From NCBI GenBank assembly GCA_002778465.1, contig PFBV01000003.1, positions 239,766 to 303,765 on the forward strand: DNA of 64,000 nucleotides, given 5' to 3'. A program made the position numbers and the translations under genes. Below, in pieces: positions 58,731 through 64,000 of this stretch (the first letter of the stretch is position 1; each line of letters starts with the position of its first letter). Under the pieces are notes generated by a model. That model had not been told where the DNA came from. It did no database searches and saw only the letters and a list, made by a program, of their open reading frames with translations. This DNA comes from Candidatus Magasanikbacteria bacterium CG10_big_fil_rev_8_21_14_0_10_36_32 (GTDB lineage Bacteria; Patescibacteriota; Patescibacteriia; Magasanikbacterales; GWA2-37-8).

Positions 58731-61403
58731 ATGAAACGACTTATAATTATAGACGGCAATGCGATTATTCATCGTGCTTATCATGCTTTGCCGCCAATGA
58801 CCACAAAAACAGGACAGCCAGTTAATGCGGTTTACGGATTTGCTTCTATGTTGTTGAAAGTTTGGCAAGATTTAAAACCCGAATATATCGCGGTGACTTT
58901 TGATATGGCTGGTCCGACTTTTCGTCATAAACAATTTGAAAAATATAAAGCCACTCGTGTAAAAGCTGATCAAGAACTTTATGATCAAATTCCGTTAGTT
59001 CATAATTTGGTCAGTGCTTTTAATATTCCCATTTATGAAAAGCAAGGTTATGAAGCAGATGATGTAATTGGAACAATCGCGAAAAAAATTAAAAAAAATA
59101 AAGATTTGGAAATAATGATTGTTACCGGAGATAAGGATACATTACAGTTGATTGATAAGAATGTAAAAGTTTTTACTTTACGCAAAGGGATGAGTGATAC
59201 GGTTATTTACGATTTGGCTGAATTGAAAAAAATTTTTAATTTTACACCGGAGCAAACAATTGATTTTAAAGCATTGCGTGGAGATGCATCAGACAATATT
59301 CCCGGAGTGGTCGGTGTTGGTGAAAAAACTGCCACTGAGTTAATAGAAAAATTTGGAAATTTGGAAAATATTTATAAAACAGTAAAAAACAAACAAAAAG
59401 TTGAAAATATTGATATTAAGCCCAGCATATTAAAAAAACTTATTGAAGGCGAAGAAAATGCTAAGATGAGCTATGAATTGGCGACCATTGATCAAAATGT
59501 TCCGGGGGTTGATTTTGAGTTGGAAAATTGTTTAGCCAAAGATTTTGATCGCGAAAAAGTAATTAAGCTTTTTCAAGATTTGGAATTTGTGTCATTGGTG
59601 AAAAGATTGCCGGGTGGTGAAAAAAATAAATCAGATAAAAAAAATATTAAACCAGCTAACATTGAAAAATTTGATTTTTTAGAAATTAATAATAAAAATG
59701 AAGCGGAAAAAATTACTAAATTAATTCAAGAGTCGGGCGAGTTTGCTTGTCAGGCGGTTTTTGAAGGAGATGACGTTTTTGCGGGAATTTTTTCAGGGTT
59801 GTTGATTGTTGTTGGTGGTAAAAGTTTTTATTTAAAAAAGTTTTTTGATAAAAAATGGTTTCAAGATGAAAAAATTGAGATGGTTGGGCATAATTTAAAA
59901 AAGACGCTTAAAATTTTATCAGTTCACGAAAAGATAGAAGTTAAAAACAGTTTATTTGATTTAATGTTGGCTTCTTATATTTTAAATCCAGGAAGTCGGG
60001 CACATGATGCGAGTAGTGTCGTTTTAAAATGTTTAGGAAAAGAATTAAAAAATACCAGCGGACAAAATAGTTTGTTTGGTTTTGATGCTAAGACTGCGGC
60101 TTATGAATTATTTTTGCTGGCGGCGACAAAAAATAAATTAAAAATAGAGTTGGAAAATGTTAATAATTATGATTTATTGAAAAAAATAGAAATCCCATTA
60201 TTAAAAATTTTAGCTGGCATGGAATTAAGCGGTGTGGCAGTTGACTTAAAAATGTTAAAAGAACTTTCTGTCGGTTTGGCAGAAAAAATCAAAAAAATTT
60301 CTAAAACAATTTATGATATGGCCGGCATGGAATTTAATATTTCTTCTCCCAATCAGTTAAGGGAAGTTTTGTTTGAAGAAATGGAAATTCCGGTGTTTGG
60401 CATAAAAAAAGGAAAAACTGGCTTATCAACCGCCGCCGCTGAATTGGAAAAAATGCGCGGCTTACATCCGATTATTGAAGAAATTGAAAATTATCGAGAA
60501 TTAACGAAATTACAAAATACTTATGTTGATGTTTTGCCGACTTTAATTAATAAAAAGACAGGACGTGTCCACACCACTTATAATCAGGCTATTACTGCTA
60601 CAGGACGTTTATCCAGCTCAGAACCAAATTTACAAAATATTCCAATTCGTACCGAATTAGGAAGGGAAATAAGAAAAACAATAGTGGCAGAACCGGGGAA
60701 TGTTTTGTTGAGCGCCGATTATTCGCAAATCGAATTACGCATTGTCGCCTCTTTGTCTGATGATAAAAAAATGATAGAAATTTTTAATCATGGTGAAGAT
60801 ATTCACCGAGCCACAGCCGCCATTATTAACGGTGTGTCGTTGGATAAAGTAACCAAAGAAATGCGCCGAGCAGCCAAAGAAGTTAATTTCGGTGTTTTAT
60901 ATGGAATGGGCGCCTATGGATTAAGCTGGCGAACAGATTTAACTGCTGGTGCGGCCAAACAATTTATAGATAAATATTTTGAAAAATTCAGCGGTATTAA
61001 AAAATATCTTGAAGAAACTATTTCTTCCGCAAAGCAAATTGGTTATTGTGAAACATTGTTTGGTCGGCGGCGTTATATTCCTGAATTAAATGTCGCCAAT
61101 TATCAATTGCGCAGTGCCGCTGAACGAATGGCTGTTAATCATCCTGTACAAGGCACGGCTGCTGATTTGATAAAAATGGCTATGATATCGGTTGATAACA
61201 AAATTAAATCGCAAAGTCTTTTTAATGACGGTCAAGTTAAAATGATTTTACAAGCTCATGATGAGTTGGTATTTGAGGTAAAAAAAGATTTAGCTGAAAA
61301 ATTGGGCAAAATAGTTAAAGAAGAAATGGAAACAGTGGTGACGTTGCGCGTGCCGATTGAAGTAGATATTAATATTGGAAATAATTGGGGAGAAATGAAA
61401 TAA
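58731..61403 (+). CDS. polA: DNA polymerase I
   Basis: 5' nuclease N-terminus; polymerase motifs DYSQIELR and QAHDELVFE; 890 aa. Confidence 0.95.
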   Translation: MKRLIIIDGNAIIHRAYHALPPMTTKTGQPVNAVYGFASMLLKVWQDLKPEYIAVTFDMAGPTFRHKQFEKYKATRVKADQELYDQIPLVHNLVSAFNIPIYEKQGYEADDVIGTIAKKIKKNKDLEIMIVTGDKDTLQLIDKNVKVFTLRKGMSDTVIYDLAELKKIFNFTPEQTIDFKALRGDASDNIPGVVGVGEKTATELIEKFGNLENIYKTVKNKQKVENIDIKPSILKKLIEGEENAKMSYELATIDQNVPGVDFELENCLAKDFDREKVIKLFQDLEFVSLVKRLPGGEKNKSDKKNIKPANIEKFDFLEINNKNEAEKITKLIQESGEFACQAVFEGDDVFAGIFSGLLIVVGGKSFYLKKFFDKKWFQDEKIEMVGHNLKKTLKILSVHEKIEVKNSLFDLMLASYILNPGSRAHDASSVVLKCLGKELKNTSGQNSLFGFDAKTAAYELFLLAATKNKLKIELENVNNYDLLKKIEIPLLKILAGMELSGVAVDLKMLKELSVGLAEKIKKISKTIYDMAGMEFNISSPNQLREVLFEEMEIPVFGIKKGKTGLSTAAAELEKMRGLHPIIEEIENYRELTKLQNTYVDVLPTLINKKTGRVHTTYNQAITATGRLSSSEPNLQNIPIRTELGREIRKTIVAEPGNVLLSADYSQIELRIVASLSDDKKMIEIFNHGEDIHRATAAIINGVSLDKVTKEMRRAAKEVNFGVLYGMGAYGLSWRTDLTAGAAKQFIDKYFEKFSGIKKYLEETISSAKQIGYCETLFGRRRYIPELNVANYQLRSAAERMAVNHPVQGTAADLIKMAMISVDNKIKSQSLFNDGQVKMILQAHDELVFEVKKDLAEKLGKIVKEEMETVVTLRVPIEVDINIGNNWGEMK

Positions 61404-61463
61404 TAAAAAAGTAAAAAAGAAAAAAATCCCCAGTTGGGGATTTTTTGATTGGAAAGAACAAAA

Positions 61464-61991
61464 TTAACTGTTGCAGTCGATATACTCGGACAGCAACAAC
61501 ATCAAGTTGTTTGGTTGCCACGAGAGAGGCAAAGGTTTGTTGATATCTTCAAGGCGAATTTCTATTTGCACAACGACGTAAAGTTTGTTGTTCCAAGTAA
61601 TTTTCATACCCGGTTTTGGAATCTGACCATGAAGCTGTTGATAAGCAGTTTTTTCGTTTTGGTCGTTTCCCAAATTTGTCGGCCGACGATATCTTTCCAG
61701 TTGCAGTTTCAATTTGTTGCAGGCTTGTAGCCACATGAATTTGGAATAGAATTCTTGGTAAACAGGATTAAAATCTAAATCCTTGGCTATTTGGCGTGAC
61801 AGCCAAACGATGGCTGATTGCGGAACCTTTGGACGGATTTTTATTTTAGAAAAACACGACGGAAACATGACGGCCAATTTTGACAAAACAGCTTCTTCTT
61901 GGCAAAGCGAAATAACAATGCGCATACCCGTGTCTTGAAGTTGGCAAATTTCCGGCCAGTTTTTGTGCGGCACAGATCTTTTGATGTCCAT
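61464..61991 (-). CDS. Hypothetical protein, compositionally atypical (weak resemblance to 3-methyladenine DNA glycosylase I blocks, unverified)
   Basis: 175-aa ORF, GC-shifted; ISLCQEEA and FMWLQAC are only faintly similar to Tag blocks. Confidence 0.35.
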   Translation of the reverse strand: MDIKRSVPHKNWPEICQLQDTGMRIVISLCQEEAVLSKLAVMFPSCFSKIKIRPKVPQSAIVWLSRQIAKDLDFNPVYQEFYSKFMWLQACNKLKLQLERYRRPTNLGNDQNEKTAYQQLHGQIPKPGMKITWNNKLYVVVQIEIRLEDINKPLPLSWQPNNLMLLLSEYIDCNS

Positions 61992-62207
61992 TGTTTCTCC
62001 CGGTTGTGAGTCTTTTCCAACGATATTTTTTAAAGAACGGCATCATTTAGTGTTTAGACACTATATCACAGTTTAAACAATTGTCAATATTTGATTTGCC
62101 GAAGAAGGAAAAACATATTACAATGGATTTGTCTGATATTGAAAAATAGAGAACACCGAACAGATATCAGTTTAGTTAATATATTTGTATTACCATAAGA
62201 TTCGTTT

Positions 62208-63182
62208 ATGATAATTTATATTTTTGGCGAAGATACTTTTTTAAGCCGGCAATTTTTAAAAGAACAAGTGATGAAATTTAAAAAAACTCGTGATCCGCAA
62301 GGATTTAACACGATTTTTTTGAATGGTCTCAAAGAAAATGAAGATAAGATCATTGGAGAAATTGTGGCGTTTCCTTTTTTGTCTGAACGACGGATGATCG
62401 TGATTGAAAATTTATTGAGTTCAAATGATAAAGATTTATTAAATAGGATTATTGATTTGATTAAAAATAATAAAATACCAGAAAGCAATGTGGTTATGTT
62501 TTGGCAAGGTGAAAGTTTTGGTAAAACTAATGAGATTAAAGAGTTGGCAAAATTATTACAAAATAAAAAGCATGTTTATAATTTTTATGAATTTAAATAT
62601 TTTTTGCCAAGCGAATTGCGTAGTTGGATAATAAAAGAAGTTAAAGCGCGAGGTGGGATAATTGAGCATTCGGCCGCAAGTTATCTTGGTGAAAACATTA
62701 ATCAGGATATGTGGTTGCTCAACTCATTAATTGATCAATTGATTGCTTTTAAAAATGATAATGAAATAAAGTTGTCCGACGTGCGTCTTTTTTTAGATGA
62801 AAAAGTTGTTGATAATATTTTTCAGGCGGTTGAATCAATCGTGTCAGGTGATAAAAAAACAGCCTTTAAACTTTTAAATGAGCAGCGCCGTTTAGGGCAA
62901 TCCGATACTTATTTATTTGGAATGATTTTACGTCAGTTTAGAATCTTGTTGCAATTACGAGATTTATGGGAACGGGAAGATCAAACGACCAGCGATAGTA
63001 TGGCAAAACTTTTAGGTTTACATCCGTTTGTTGTCAAAAAAAGTTTGCCATTGGTTAAGCGTTATTCAATGATACAATTAAAAAATTATTACACAGAATT
63101 GTTTGAAGTTGATATTAAAACAAAAACAGGTTTAGCTGCGCAGGATATTTTGATTGATTGTTTTGTGGGGAAGATAAAATAA
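62208..63182 (+). CDS. holA: DNA polymerase III delta subunit
   Basis: 324 aa; delta N-terminal fold pattern; bidirectional terminator 63195-63232. Confidence 0.75.
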   Translation: MIIYIFGEDTFLSRQFLKEQVMKFKKTRDPQGFNTIFLNGLKENEDKIIGEIVAFPFLSERRMIVIENLLSSNDKDLLNRIIDLIKNNKIPESNVVMFWQGESFGKTNEIKELAKLLQNKKHVYNFYEFKYFLPSELRSWIIKEVKARGGIIEHSAASYLGENINQDMWLLNSLIDQLIAFKNDNEIKLSDVRLFLDEKVVDNIFQAVESIVSGDKKTAFKLLNEQRRLGQSDTYLFGMILRQFRILLQLRDLWEREDQTTSDSMAKLLGLHPFVVKKSLPLVKRYSMIQLKNYYTELFEVDIKTKTGLAAQDILIDCFVGKIK

Positions 63183-63234
63183 ATTTTAAAATAAAAAAAT
63201 CCCTGTTTAAACGGGGATTTTAATTTTTAAAAGG

Positions 63235-63459
63235 TTACTTTTTGACGTAAGGGTTTTCCCAGTTGCCATTGGAATTGGTGTTGCTTTTTACTCCGCGATC
63301 GAAAAATTCTTCTGCTGGCGGTCTGGGACCAGGAAAGTTGCACAAACATCCGAAAGCGCCACATTTGAGACAGATGATTGGGACGCAACCCTCTTCGTAA
63401 CCATCTTGGCGAAAAACCCAATCATGTTCACAATCAGATTTGCCATACCTTACGCTCAT
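63235..63459 (-). CDS. Small Cys-rich hypothetical protein (74 aa, 7 Cys)
   Basis: AAGGAG SD 6 nt before ATG at 63459; promoter TTGACA 63512-63517 on minus strand; GC-shifted. Confidence 0.5.
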   Translation of the reverse strand: MSVRYGKSDCEHDWVFRQDGYEEGCVPIICLKCGAFGCLCNFPGPRPPAEEFFDRGVKSNTNSNGNWENPYVKK

Positions 63460-63588
63460 TTTTTCTCCTTTTTTATTTAAAGAACCCCGCAAAGAAATTT
63501 AACAAAATAATTATGAATTGTCAAGTTGGTTTGGTTAGTTAGAAATTAAAAACAAAAAAACAGGCCTTATGACCTGTTTTTAATTATT

Positions 63589-63846
63589 TTACTTTTTTTT
63601 CGCATGGATTTTTTTCATCAATCGGGAAAGTTTTCTGGCAGCTGTATTTTTTTTGATTACACCTGTTTTAGCGGCTTTATCTAAAGCTTTTTGCGCTTCA
63701 CGCGCGTATTCCGCGGCTTTTTTAGCATCCTCGGCTTTATTAGCTTTTTTTATTGCTTCGCGAAAATTTTTTTTACGCGCTAAATTTTGCGCGGCGCGTT
63801 TTATGTTTTGTCGCAGAGCCTTTTTGGCATTCGGTTTATTAGGCAT
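63589..63846 (-). CDS. rpsT: 30S ribosomal protein S20
   Basis: Basic all-helical 85-aa protein; Ala/Lys-rich S20 pattern. Confidence 0.8.
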   Translation of the reverse strand: MPNKPNAKKALRQNIKRAAQNLARKKNFREAIKKANKAEDAKKAAEYAREAQKALDKAAKTGVIKKNTAARKLSRLMKKIHAKKK

Positions 63847-64000
63847 AGTATTTTTAAATTAATCAAAACTGTTTTAATGTGAGAGTGCGACTATAATAAC
63901 ACAACTGTATTTTTAAGTCAATATATCCACACACTCGAGACTAAAAAGATAAATTTAACGGTATTTTTTTAAATTGACTTTAAGATTTTTTGGACCGAAA

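Noticed and set aside
61464-61991. Confident annotation as Tag (3-methyladenine glycosylase I)
   Set aside because: Only two short degenerate blocks align. The zinc-binding Cys/His positions and the central helix-hairpin-helix region are not recognisable, so it is kept as hypothetical.
1-64000. CRISPR arrays, prophage integrases, IS transposases
   Set aside because: No regularly spaced direct repeats and no recombinase or transposase motifs were found on either strand.

Overview
This is an AT-rich bacterial chromosomal segment (about 35-38% GC by eye) with short intergenic spacers and many small ORFs. That style is reminiscent of a small-genome Patescibacteria/CPR-like organism, but this is inference only. 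The window spans the replication origin: dnaA and dnaN sit either side of an AT-rich DnaA-box cluster, with rpmH-rnpA-yidD beside it, although yidC is not present. Core housekeeping genes present are ruvC, yebC, rpoB-rpoC, ftsK, recA, a DEAD-box helicase, pepF, arfB, lspA, comM, a PBP1A, nfo, tig, an H+-pyrophosphatase, polA, holA and rpsT. Six tRNAs are called: Ser-TGA, Ser-CGA, Ala-TGC, Phe-GAA, Pro-TGG and a non-canonical Cys-GCA. The backbone is interrupted by several compositionally atypical, GC-richer mini-cassettes. Each has a near-identical consensus sigma70 promoter (TTGACAAAAC...TGnTATAAT), a strong Shine-Dalgarno site, a small ORF and a strong intrinsic terminator. Other notable items are a two-gene islet whose genes carry an identical 48-bp terminator repeat, a gene bracketed by inverted repeats, two orphan transcription units with no substantial ORF, a Cas4-like Fe-S nuclease in an operon with arfB, a giant lamin-tail-domain surface protein, and perfect DnaA boxes outside oriC. 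No CRISPR array or obvious transposase was seen. All functional calls come from motif recognition in the translated ORFs; no database search was possible.
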